Shown here piece after piece: positions 19,606 to 27,901 of a stretch of DNA of 39,173 nucleotides; position 1 is the stretch's first letter; each line of letters starts with the position of its first letter. Both the position numbers and the translations under genes were made by a program. The DNA comes from Candidatus Krumholzibacteriia bacterium (GTDB lineage: Bacteria > Krumholzibacteriota > Krumholzibacteriia > LZORAL124-64-63): assembly GCA_036351155.1 (NCBI GenBank), contig JAZBOO010000024.1, positions 1-39,173 on the forward strand, given 5' to 3'. The notes beneath the pieces were generated by a model. The model searched no databases, was not told the DNA's origin, and worked only from the letters and a program-made list of their open reading frames with translations.

Positions 19606-20565
19606 TCAGGCGGAAACGACGCGGGTTCCGCCCTCGCCGTTGACGGCGTTCAGAAAACCCTCCGGGGAGGTGATGATGACCTCGCGCCCCCCCCCTTCCA
19701 GGAACGAGATGGCCGACTCGATCTTGGGTCCCATGCTCCCTGCCGGGAACTCACCGTTGGCCAGCATCTGGGCCGCTCGGTCGGCGGTCAGCACGTCCAG
19801 AGCTTCCTGGTCGGGCTGGCCGAAGCGGGCGAAAACCTTGTCCACCTGGGTGATGATCACCAGGACATCAGCCTCGATCAGGCGCCCCAGCAGGTCGCTG
19901 GCCCGGTCCTTGTCGATCACCGCGTCCACGCCTTCCAGCTCACCCTGGGCATTGTAGACCACAGGTACTCCACCGCCACCCACGGCAATGGTGATCACGC
20001 CGGCCGCCACCAGAGCTTTGATGGCCGCCCATTCCATGACCTCGGTGGGCCTGGGACTGGGCACCACCCGGCGCCACCCGCGGTTGGCGTCCTTGATGAT
20101 GGTCCACCCGGTTTCCTGACGCATCCGGTCGGCCTGCTCTTCATCGTAGAAGGGGCCGATGGGCTTGGTGGGATTGTTGAAGGCGGGATCCTGCGCATCG
20201 ACCCGCACCTGGGTCACCACCGAGGCCACGGAACGATCCAGCCCCACGGCCTTCAGCGCATTCTGCAGGGCCTGTTGCAGCATGTAGCCCAGGCCCCCCT
20301 GGCTGTCGGCTCCACACACGAACATGGGCATGGCCGGAATCCCGTGAATGGCCTGTCCGGCATCCCCACGCAGGACGATATTGCCGACCACCGGGCCGTT
20401 GCCGTGGGTCATGACGATCTGGTGCCCCTGCAGGGCCAGCTGAGCCACGGTGTCCATGGTTTGGCGGGTGATGGCCACCTGCTGGGCATAGGTTCCTTCC
20501 TGCCCCACGGGAATGATGGCATTGCCCCCCAGGGCGATGACGAAACGCTTGGGCGTCTGATTCAA
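19606..20565 (-). CDS. arcC: carbamate kinase
   Basis: IALGGNA, THGNGP, SQGGLGY, PTKPIGPFY, RRVVPSP, GGGGVP, AVIDKD, GSMGPK; TTG start with GAGGT RBS. Confidence 0.94.
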   Translation of the reverse strand: MNQTPKRFVIALGGNAIIPVGQEGTYAQQVAITRQTMDTVAQLALQGHQIVMTHGNGPVVGNIVLRGDAGQAIHGIPAMPMFVCGADSQGGLGYMLQQALQNALKAVGLDRSVASVVTQVRVDAQDPAFNNPTKPIGPFYDEEQADRMRQETGWTIIKDANRGWRRVVPSPRPTEVMEWAAIKALVAAGVITIAVGGGGVPVVYNAQGELEGVDAVIDKDRASDLLGRLIEADVLVIITQVDKVFARFGQPDQEALDVLTADRAAQMLANGEFPAGSMGPKIESAISFLEGGGREVIITSPEGFLNAVNGEGGTRVVSA

Positions 20566-20578
20566 TTTCCACCTCTTG

Positions 20579-21745
20579 CTAGCGGACAGACCGGGCGAAA
20601 TCCGCAAACCGGTCCAGCGCCTTCTTGATGTTGTCCTGGCTGTTGGCATAGCTGAATCGGAGGTACCCCTCACCGAACGCTCCGAACGAGGTGCCCGACA
20701 AGGCGGCCACCCCGAACTCGCTCAGCAGTCGGTTTTCCACTTCCTTGCTGCGCAACCCCAGGCCTGTGATGTTGGGAAAAACGTAAAATGCCCCGCGGGG
20801 CCGCAGACAGGACACCCCGTCGATGGCATTCAAGCCATCGACCAGCAGATCCCGCCGGATCTTGAACTCGGCCACCATGGCCTCGGCATCGTCCTGGGGC
20901 CCGGTCAGAGCCTGCGCACCCGCAATCTGGGTGAACGCCGCCGTGCAGCTGGTGCAGTTGGTCTGCAGCTTGGCCACCGCCTGGGCCAGCTCCACCGGCA
21001 TGACCCCGTACCCCAGCCGCCAGCCGGTCATGGCGTAGGTCTTGGAATGCCCATCCAGGATGATGGTCCGCTCCAGCATGCCCGGCCGGGTGGTGATCGA
21101 TTCGTGCCGACCTTCATAGAGGATCTTGCTGTAAATTTCGTCGCTCAGCACCCAGAAGTCATGCTTGACCGCCAGCCGGGCAATGGTGTCCAGGTCCTCG
21201 GAGCTGAGCACGCCGCCGGTGGGGTTCTGGGGGGAGTTGATGATCAGCATCCGCGTCTTGTCGCTGACCAGTTTTTCCAGATCCGCCACCGCGAAGGAGA
21301 AGCCCTGGTCCTCGGCCAGCTTCAGGGGAATGGCCTTGCCCCCCAGAAAATTGATCACCGATTCGTAGATGGGAAAGCCGGGGTTGGGATAGATGACCTC
21401 GTCACCGGGATCGACCAGCGCCGTCAGGGGGAAGGTGATGATGGGTTTGCCGCCCGGAACGACCACCACGTTTTCGGCCTTCACCTCGATGCCCCGGTCA
21501 CGGGCGATGAATTCGGCGATGGTCCGGCGCACCTCGGGCAAGCCGGCCGAAGGCCCGTAGTGGGTGTATCCCGAGCGCAAGGCTTCCACGGCCTTTTCGA
21601 TGATGTGGGCGGGTGTATCGAAATCAGGTTCACCGATTTCCAGGTGCACGATATCCCGACCGTCGGCTTCCAGGGCCCTGGCCCGAGCCAGCACCTCGAA
21701 GGCGGTTTCGGTCCCCAGCCTGGACATTCTCTTGGCGAACATCAT
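20579..21745 (-). CDS. PLP-dependent class I/II aminotransferase (aspartate aminotransferase-like)
   Basis: GEPDF, NSPQNPTG, SDEIY, SKTYAMTGWRLG, GAFY, YLRFS; GAGGAG RBS. Confidence 0.95.
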   Translation of the reverse strand: MMFAKRMSRLGTETAFEVLARARALEADGRDIVHLEIGEPDFDTPAHIIEKAVEALRSGYTHYGPSAGLPEVRRTIAEFIARDRGIEVKAENVVVVPGGKPIITFPLTALVDPGDEVIYPNPGFPIYESVINFLGGKAIPLKLAEDQGFSFAVADLEKLVSDKTRMLIINSPQNPTGGVLSSEDLDTIARLAVKHDFWVLSDEIYSKILYEGRHESITTRPGMLERTIILDGHSKTYAMTGWRLGYGVMPVELAQAVAKLQTNCTSCTAAFTQIAGAQALTGPQDDAEAMVAEFKIRRDLLVDGLNAIDGVSCLRPRGAFYVFPNITGLGLRSKEVENRLLSEFGVAALSGTSFGAFGEGYLRFSYANSQDNIKKALDRFADFARSVR

Positions 21746-21849
21746 GGATCTCTCCTCTCGCGGACGGTCCTCCCCGGCAGACCCGGAGGGCGAAACAGAC
21801 CAGCGCCGCACAGGGCCGCACAGGCAGCTGCAGAATGCGCTGCCCGACA

Positions 21850-21878
21850 AACCTAGGCCCAGGAAAGGGCCCTGTCAA
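21850..21878 (-). promoter_or_regulatory. candidate sigma-70 promoter of the aminotransferase-arcC pair
   Basis: TTGACA-N17-TAGGTT. Confidence 0.6.
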
Positions 21879-21902
21879 TCGCCTCGTGTGGCCGGGATGG
21901 GG

Positions 21903-23591
21903 TCAGGCCAGCGCTTCGAGGTACTTGTTGATTTCGCGGATGATTTCGCGGCGAATCCCGGCCCGGTCCTGGGCCATGCGCTTGAGGTCCACCTTGGTGA
22001 CGTACTTGACGTGGACGAACTTGCGGAGAATTTTCACCGACACGTTGCAGGGACTTTGCAGGCACACCCGGGCCACTTCCCGGTTGGCAAAGCCGGTATG
22101 CAGGGCCCGGTCGGTGGCGATGGTCTCGATGATCTGGGGATTCCGGGTGCGCGCGGCAATATCGGCCACCAGTCCGGGAATACCGATCACCTTGGGATTG
22201 CGCAGGAAGCCCAGGGTGACGCTGGTGGACATGATGTTGCTCATCACCAGGTGCTTGATGGCCGCCGCGCTCATGTCCTTGGCGTCCTGCTCCTCCTCCT
22301 CCTCCTCGGGCACTCCATCGGCCGACACCGGCGCCGGCACTGCCCGGCTGTGTTTCTCCAGGAGCGTGGGCAGGAAGTTTTCCCAGTTTTCGTCGGGCTT
22401 GCTGTCGCTCAGATCCACTTCCAGCTGATCCCCCAGCAGACGGAGGCGGTCCAGGGGCCAGAGGGAAGCCCCGCGTTCCCGCACGGGGGTCTTCAGGAGC
22501 TTCTTGATTTCCAGGGCCAGGTCTCCGCCCAGAGGCAGCAATACCTTGTGCCCTTTCCGGTGCTCCTGCACCAGGCGCACACAGCTCAGCAGGCCCAGCT
22601 CCGTGTCCCGGATTTCATGCTTGACCATCTGATGAGTCAAGGCCAGCAGGGCTTCGGCGCCCCGGGCCAGCTTCGTGACTTCCAGGGGTGCGGAATAGAG
22701 CCCCCGGCTCAGGTCAGCCAGAATTTCGAGACCCGGTGTTTTCGCGATCAGGTCGCGCAGGCGCTGATGATCCCGCTCATCCATGACCTCCAGCGCACTG
22801 GAGACCTGATTCGTGAACGCCGCCCGGTCGTTGCCTTCCTCGATCCAGCGGATCATCTGGCGCAGGTCCTGGACCTGGCTGTCCGTGGCGCTGAGAATGG
22901 GCAGCACCCGTTGAACCGCCGCGGTGTTGAAGGGGTTGACGGTTCCGGCCAGATTGCTGGTCCGCTCCTGCCAGGCATCGGTCTCCAGGCGCACCAGCTC
23001 GGCCATCAGGCGCCGGGCCTGATCGGTCAAGTCACGGCCGGTCACCATGTCGTCCAGGAAGGTCAGGAAGCATTTGCGCCAGCCCGGCCAGGGTTCCTCG
23101 TGACCCGGACGTGCCGGATCACCGGGCACATCCATACCCAGGACCATGAGAAGATCCCGGGTGTCCTGGCTCACCTGGGTGAACCGGCGCCTCCATTCGG
23201 TCTGGAAGGGGTTTTCGGGACGGGAATCTCCGTCCAGTATCGCCTTGAAACGTCGCGACGAGGTGAATCCCTGAATCCTGGGAATCAGACGAGCCCCGGG
23301 CGTGGTCACGTCCAGGAAAGCGGCCAGGAATCGTGCCCCGGCCGGCTCACCCTTGACGATCAACTCCTGAACCGACATGAGGATCTTGGCGGCCGTGGGC
23401 TTGCCCAGATGGCCGGCCATCAACCCGTGGAATCGACCCGAGAGCAGGTTGCAGGCGTTCTGCCCGAAAGCCATGTCCACCAGATCCACCAGCAGCTCCG
23501 GGCTGGCCACCACATCCCGCGAGGAAATCGCGGGAGCCGCAAGAAGAGGGGAACTGGTGGCCGTGCTGGGCAAATCGATTCTCCGGAACAT
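21903..23591 (-). CDS. hypothetical alpha-helical cytoplasmic protein
   Basis: Open frame with strong codon bias, acidic linker EEEEEEQD and basic C-terminal domain (NPK...SPCN...DLKRMA); start at ATG 23591 is a best guess. Confidence 0.8.
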   Translation of the reverse strand: MFRRIDLPSTATSSPLLAAPAISSRDVVASPELLVDLVDMAFGQNACNLLSGRFHGLMAGHLGKPTAAKILMSVQELIVKGEPAGARFLAAFLDVTTPGARLIPRIQGFTSSRRFKAILDGDSRPENPFQTEWRRRFTQVSQDTRDLLMVLGMDVPGDPARPGHEEPWPGWRKCFLTFLDDMVTGRDLTDQARRLMAELVRLETDAWQERTSNLAGTVNPFNTAAVQRVLPILSATDSQVQDLRQMIRWIEEGNDRAAFTNQVSSALEVMDERDHQRLRDLIAKTPGLEILADLSRGLYSAPLEVTKLARGAEALLALTHQMVKHEIRDTELGLLSCVRLVQEHRKGHKVLLPLGGDLALEIKKLLKTPVRERGASLWPLDRLRLLGDQLEVDLSDSKPDENWENFLPTLLEKHSRAVPAPVSADGVPEEEEEEQDAKDMSAAAIKHLVMSNIMSTSVTLGFLRNPKVIGIPGLVADIAARTRNPQIIETIATDRALHTGFANREVARVCLQSPCNVSVKILRKFVHVKYVTKVDLKRMAQDRAGIRREIIREINKYLEALA

Positions 23592-23650
23592 GAGGATAAA
23601 CAGCCGCCGGGGACGGTCCAGTCCGTCCCGGGCACATTCCTGTTCCTGTC

Positions 23651-23677
23651 CTATCGGCCGACATCTCTGCCGGTTAA
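23651..23677 (-). promoter_or_regulatory. candidate sigma-28/FliA-type promoter
   Basis: TTAA-N15-GCCGATAG versus consensus TAAA-N15-GCCGATAA. Confidence 0.4.
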
Positions 23678-23710
23678 CCGGGTTTGTCCCGAATCGAGCC
23701 AGCACCGCCC

Positions 23711-25297
23711 TCACCAGCGGATGCGCCCCTCCAGCCAGGCCTCCCAGGCCCCGCCCGCGGGCTCCGGACCTTCCGGGCGGCGCCAGGATGCCGCCAGCCA
23801 GAATTCTCCCCACGCTCGTTGCCAGCCCAGGGCCAGATGGGTTTCCGACTGCCACTGTCCCCAGTGGCGGGGCAGGATGCGGCCGGGAACTGGAACCAGA
23901 GCCGTCACCAGGTCCACCTCGTCCCCCCAGGCCTGCCCGTAGCCCACCCGGAGGCGCCGGGTTTCCCCCACCTGGAAGTGCCCCCGCAAGGACCAGAGGC
24001 GCCGCCAACGGGTCCCGGAAGCATCGACCTGGCGCAGCAGCTTGGCGATGAACTTCACGTCTCTCCCTTCGGCGAGGTGCCCCACCGTCCCCTGAATCAG
24101 GGATTTGTGCTTGATGGGGCTGCTCTCCGGCGGAAGCCAGGGAAAACGTCCCTGCCAGGTGCGCCGGTCCTTGCCCGTCACCAGGACCCGGGAGGAGAGG
24201 GTCCAGGTCCGATCGGGACGGTGAGTCAGGATGATGTCCCCCGTGCTGTTCATTTCCAGCTGGGCTTCACTGCCCAGGTGGCGGGTATGGGACTGTCCCC
24301 AGAGGGCTGCCAGCCGAGTTTCCGGCCCCAGCCGGGTGGCCACACGCAGGGCCCAGGCCCGTCCCTCATCCCCCTTGAGCAGCCCCGGGCGCTGGCCCAG
24401 TCCCCAGAAGTCCTTGCCCTCGGACACGGTCATTGCCCCTTCGAGGAGCCAGTCACCACCCGGCCGCCAGGTGAGGGAAGTGACCCAGTCCAGCTGGCGG
24501 GCACCGCTGACGGGTTCCTGCCGTCGGGCGAACTCGGCCTGGGCCTGCCAGGATTGCCCCGCCGCCTGTCCCGAGCATCCCCAGCCCACACCCAGGGGAA
24601 CCTTCAAACCCTGGAATCCCAGCCACCGCTTCCTGGTGCCAAACTTCAAGCTTCCCGCCACCACCGGGTGGCCGTCGAGGGTATCGTTTTCCGGCATCCG
24701 TCCCGTCATCCACTGCACCTCCCACCGATGCCACTGGATCCGGCCGCCCCCGCCTTCCAGGGTGCGGCGGTCCGGGCGACTCGTTTTCCCCACCAGCCGT
24801 GTCCGCGCGGAAACCAGGGTGCCGTCGGCCACCAGGCTTCCCGAACGACCGGGCCCCGAGAGCAGGAGCCCACACCCGGCGGTCAATCCCACCCGACCGG
24901 CGATCACCGTGAGCGCCTGCGTTTCCCACCGCAAGAACCCACCGGCCAGGGAGGTGGGCTGCCCCGGCCAGTCACCCCGGATGCCGCAAGAGAAGGGGCC
25001 CCACGACTGGGCCAGGTGTCCCCGCCCACGCCAGGAACCCTCCACTGTTTGTTGCCCTCCCAGCCGAAGATATCCGGACCAGGGATGGGCCTGACCATGC
25101 GCGGGTGCAGCCGACACCTCGGCCTGCCAGTTCTCCTGTTCGGCGGCCGTGGGATCAAGGCCCAGGTCGGTCAGGGTGATCAGGACTTCATCGAGATCCT
25201 CGTCCGGCTCGGCCGGATCCGGTGGAGCGGCCTGCACCAGCGACCAGCCCAGCAGAAGGGCCAGACACCACGTGGCCTTTTCGCGCCGCCTATTCAT
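23711..25297 (-). CDS. exported hypothetical protein, probable outer-membrane beta-barrel
   Basis: Signal peptide MNRRREKATWCLALLLGWSLVQA, Trp/Gly-rich alternating strands, terminal WLEGRIRW; overlaps upstream stop. Confidence 0.7.
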   Translation of the reverse strand: MNRRREKATWCLALLLGWSLVQAAPPDPAEPDEDLDEVLITLTDLGLDPTAAEQENWQAEVSAAPAHGQAHPWSGYLRLGGQQTVEGSWRGRGHLAQSWGPFSCGIRGDWPGQPTSLAGGFLRWETQALTVIAGRVGLTAGCGLLLSGPGRSGSLVADGTLVSARTRLVGKTSRPDRRTLEGGGGRIQWHRWEVQWMTGRMPENDTLDGHPVVAGSLKFGTRKRWLGFQGLKVPLGVGWGCSGQAAGQSWQAQAEFARRQEPVSGARQLDWVTSLTWRPGGDWLLEGAMTVSEGKDFWGLGQRPGLLKGDEGRAWALRVATRLGPETRLAALWGQSHTRHLGSEAQLEMNSTGDIILTHRPDRTWTLSSRVLVTGKDRRTWQGRFPWLPPESSPIKHKSLIQGTVGHLAEGRDVKFIAKLLRQVDASGTRWRRLWSLRGHFQVGETRRLRVGYGQAWGDEVDLVTALVPVPGRILPRHWGQWQSETHLALGWQRAWGEFWLAASWRRPEGPEPAGGAWEAWLEGRIRW

Positions 25298-26117
25298 GCC
25301 TACCCCCCAGGCCAAGGCTGAACCGATGACTCACGCCCAGCCAGGGGTGCACCATGTGGGAGGTTCTCAGCAGAAGACCCTTGCCCAGAATCTGCAACCC
25401 CGGCCCGAGGGCCCCGGTGGCCGGATCCCAGCGAAGCCCCAGCCCCACCCCCGGGCCGGCTTTCCACAAGAAATCGCCGCCCAGCAGCGGGCGGCCCCGA
25501 TCATCCTGGTCCCACTGCACCACCAGGGCGTACTGGTCCTTCTGCCAGCCGGCTTCCAGGAAATCCCGGCGCCGGGGCCCTGCCCCCTCCTGGGTGGACC
25601 GGCCGGGGAAGGGATGCGCCACGCGCGCCCAGAGGCGCCCCACCGCCTCTCCGCTCCACTGGTATCCCAACAGAAAATCCAGCCGGGGCACCGGGACCAC
25701 GGCCTCCTCGGCGATGGCCATCCAGGTCTTTTCCAAGGCCAGCCCCACGCCGGGACGTCGGCCCAGCATCATCTGACCACGAGCCTGGCTTTCGGAAAAA
25801 AAGCCACGGCCCAGGCGGGACCATTGCACCTGCAGGGTCGTGGGCACGCCACCGGGGTGACCTCGCCAATCCACCCGAAGGCTCTGCTGGTTCAGTTCGG
25901 GCAGGGCAAACAGCTGGCCGGTGCCGAGGGAGAGGCGCCAGGAGCGCCCGCCGGTCCTCGAGGGATCACCCTCCAGAAGCCTGTCGGCCAGGTCAGAAGG
26001 CACCAGCCAGGCGCCCTCCACTTCACGCCACCCGGCCGCCGCGGCTGGCGAGGCCTGCAGGCCCAGAACCAGCAGCAGGGCCAGTCCAGACAATTGTCCG
26101 CATCGCCCCCCCTTCAT
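25290..26117 (-). CDS. exported hypothetical protein, probable small outer-membrane beta-barrel
   Basis: Signal peptide ending ASPAAA, amphipathic strands, terminal hairpin HPWLGVSHRFSLGLG; ATGA coupling to upstream gene. Confidence 0.7.
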   Translation of the reverse strand: MKGGRCGQLSGLALLLVLGLQASPAAAAGWREVEGAWLVPSDLADRLLEGDPSRTGGRSWRLSLGTGQLFALPELNQQSLRVDWRGHPGGVPTTLQVQWSRLGRGFFSESQARGQMMLGRRPGVGLALEKTWMAIAEEAVVPVPRLDFLLGYQWSGEAVGRLWARVAHPFPGRSTQEGAGPRRRDFLEAGWQKDQYALVVQWDQDDRGRPLLGGDFLWKAGPGVGLGLRWDPATGALGPGLQILGKGLLLRTSHMVHPWLGVSHRFSLGLGGRHE

Positions 26118-27859
26118 GGCCGGCGCACGCAGGTCAAGGCCTGGAACTTCTGCACGGTGGCCTGGGTCGAGTTGCGTAGCTGGACAACCACGACGTAGGC
26201 CCCGGTTGGCACGGGGCGGTTGCTGTCGTCACGGCCATCCCACAGCAGGTCACGAGGCCCGGGCCCGCCCTGGTCGCCGCCCAGGTCACGCACTCTCTGG
26301 CCCCAGGTGTCGAAGATGGCGCACCAGTAACCGCAAAGAGGGTCGGCCAGGAGAAATCCGATATGTTGCACCGTCACTCCGGCCGCCTGGTCCAGCACCG
26401 CGGGATCAATCCGCAAGCCGGCCGAGGAGAGAACCCCGGCGGCAATGCTGTTGCGTCTCCCCGGGGTTCCCCCGGTCAGCGCCGTGCAAGGGGCCCAGTT
26501 CTCGGCCTGTGGATTGATGGGCGTGATGGACTGGCGTTCCCAGCTGGTTCCGCTGGCAGAGTTCAGGGGGATATCATCGGGCAGCGTGACCTGGTCCAGT
26601 ACCGTGCCCGTGGAATCTGCCAGCTGCACCCGGTCACTGAACAGCCGATCAGGCGGCGCCGCATTGTTCAGCGAGGGCCAGCTGCCGGGCAGGGTCAGCA
26701 GAAGGACATCGGCGGCCTCGAAATAGGCCGCCCCCACCGGGGAGTTCCCCGTGTTGGCCGCGAGCCACCCACCCAGACTTTCGGGGTCCTGAGCCAGAAC
26801 GACCATTTGCCCAGCTCCCAGCATGGCCTCGGGCAGGTTTTGCCAGGAGCCCTCCTCATCGCGCACCTGAAAATGGACCAGTTCCACCGACCGGGGGCCC
26901 GGACACAGAAGTTCGATCCATTCTCCCTGGCCGGCCCCCGGGGCTGCGAGCACCTCGTTGATGATCAGGTCACCCGGTCCCACCTGATAGGCTCCCACGG
27001 GCACCCGCAAGGTATCTCCCGTGGTTGCCAGTGGAATCAAAACGGTCAAGGGCCAGCGTCCCCGGTCCCCCATGGTCACCCGCCAGACCACCTCCCGGGA
27101 GGTGCCGGAAGGGCAACTGGTCAGAATCGAAGGGTACCGGAGCCCACCGCACTCCAGATACACAGGCCCCTCGGGCCGATCGGCCAGCCCGGTGTTCAAC
27201 AGACCCACGGTGAAGGTCACCGCCAGATCGGCTCGATCCAGAGCGGGCGGCTCGGCCACCATCCCGGTGGACTCCCACTGAAACTCCTGAAAATTGGGAG
27301 CACCCGGAGTGGGGTTGTGGCTCACGAAATCGGCCCGGTTATGGTCAGAATCAAAACCGTCCGGCCGACGCGCCAGCGCCATCCCGGGTTGCAGCCCCAC
27401 CGCCTCCAGTTCCATGAGCGCGGGATCGGTCAGGGGACCGTATCCCACCAGATCCAGGGTTTGTCCCCCGGACCCGATCAGGCGGATGGCATCGGGTCCA
27501 TTCTGCAGGCCCAGCCAGACCTCGGCCTGGGGCACGGGGGGATCGGGTGCCGGCCCCATCCAGTTGCGGTCCACCAGCAGAAACAGCCCGCCCGACTCCA
27601 GGACAAGCGAGGCCTCACAGGTCCACCGGGTGGCCCAGACCGGACCATCGATGCCGTTGGCGAACTGCAGCCGGACCCCCAGCAAGTCGATGGCCTGGGA
27701 ACCGGTGTTGATCAGTTCCACGTACTCACGCCCCCCGTCGGCTCCCGCGGGGTCAGGCAGCAGTTCGTTGATCACCAGGGAAGAAGATGCCTCGGTGGCG
27801 CAGACCAGAAGGCCAAGGGTCAGCCCACGGGCCCAGGTCCCCAGAAGAAATGTAGGCAA
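26114..27859 (-). CDS. lamin-tail-domain protein with FlgD/T9SS-like C-terminal domain
   Basis: Two LTD starts (VINELLPDP..EYVELIN; IINEVLAAP..EWIEL), LQNGPD/LNN, PTPG/GTPG ends, C-terminal IFDTWGQRVRDL..WDGRD....VPTGAYVV. Confidence 0.85.
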   Translation of the reverse strand: MPTFLLGTWARGLTLGLLVCATEASSSLVINELLPDPAGADGGREYVELINTGSQAIDLLGVRLQFANGIDGPVWATRWTCEASLVLESGGLFLLVDRNWMGPAPDPPVPQAEVWLGLQNGPDAIRLIGSGGQTLDLVGYGPLTDPALMELEAVGLQPGMALARRPDGFDSDHNRADFVSHNPTPGAPNFQEFQWESTGMVAEPPALDRADLAVTFTVGLLNTGLADRPEGPVYLECGGLRYPSILTSCPSGTSREVVWRVTMGDRGRWPLTVLIPLATTGDTLRVPVGAYQVGPGDLIINEVLAAPGAGQGEWIELLCPGPRSVELVHFQVRDEEGSWQNLPEAMLGAGQMVVLAQDPESLGGWLAANTGNSPVGAAYFEAADVLLLTLPGSWPSLNNAAPPDRLFSDRVQLADSTGTVLDQVTLPDDIPLNSASGTSWERQSITPINPQAENWAPCTALTGGTPGRRNSIAAGVLSSAGLRIDPAVLDQAAGVTVQHIGFLLADPLCGYWCAIFDTWGQRVRDLGGDQGGPGPRDLLWDGRDDSNRPVPTGAYVVVVQLRNSTQATVQKFQALTCVRRP

Positions 27860-27901
27860 GGAGGAAAACCCTATCCGGGAGGAAAGAGCGTCCGGTCGAA
27901 A

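Noticed and set aside
22289..22306. (TCC)n trinucleotide run
   Set aside because: It encodes a poly-Glu linker in frame; not a phase-variable or CRISPR-like repeat.
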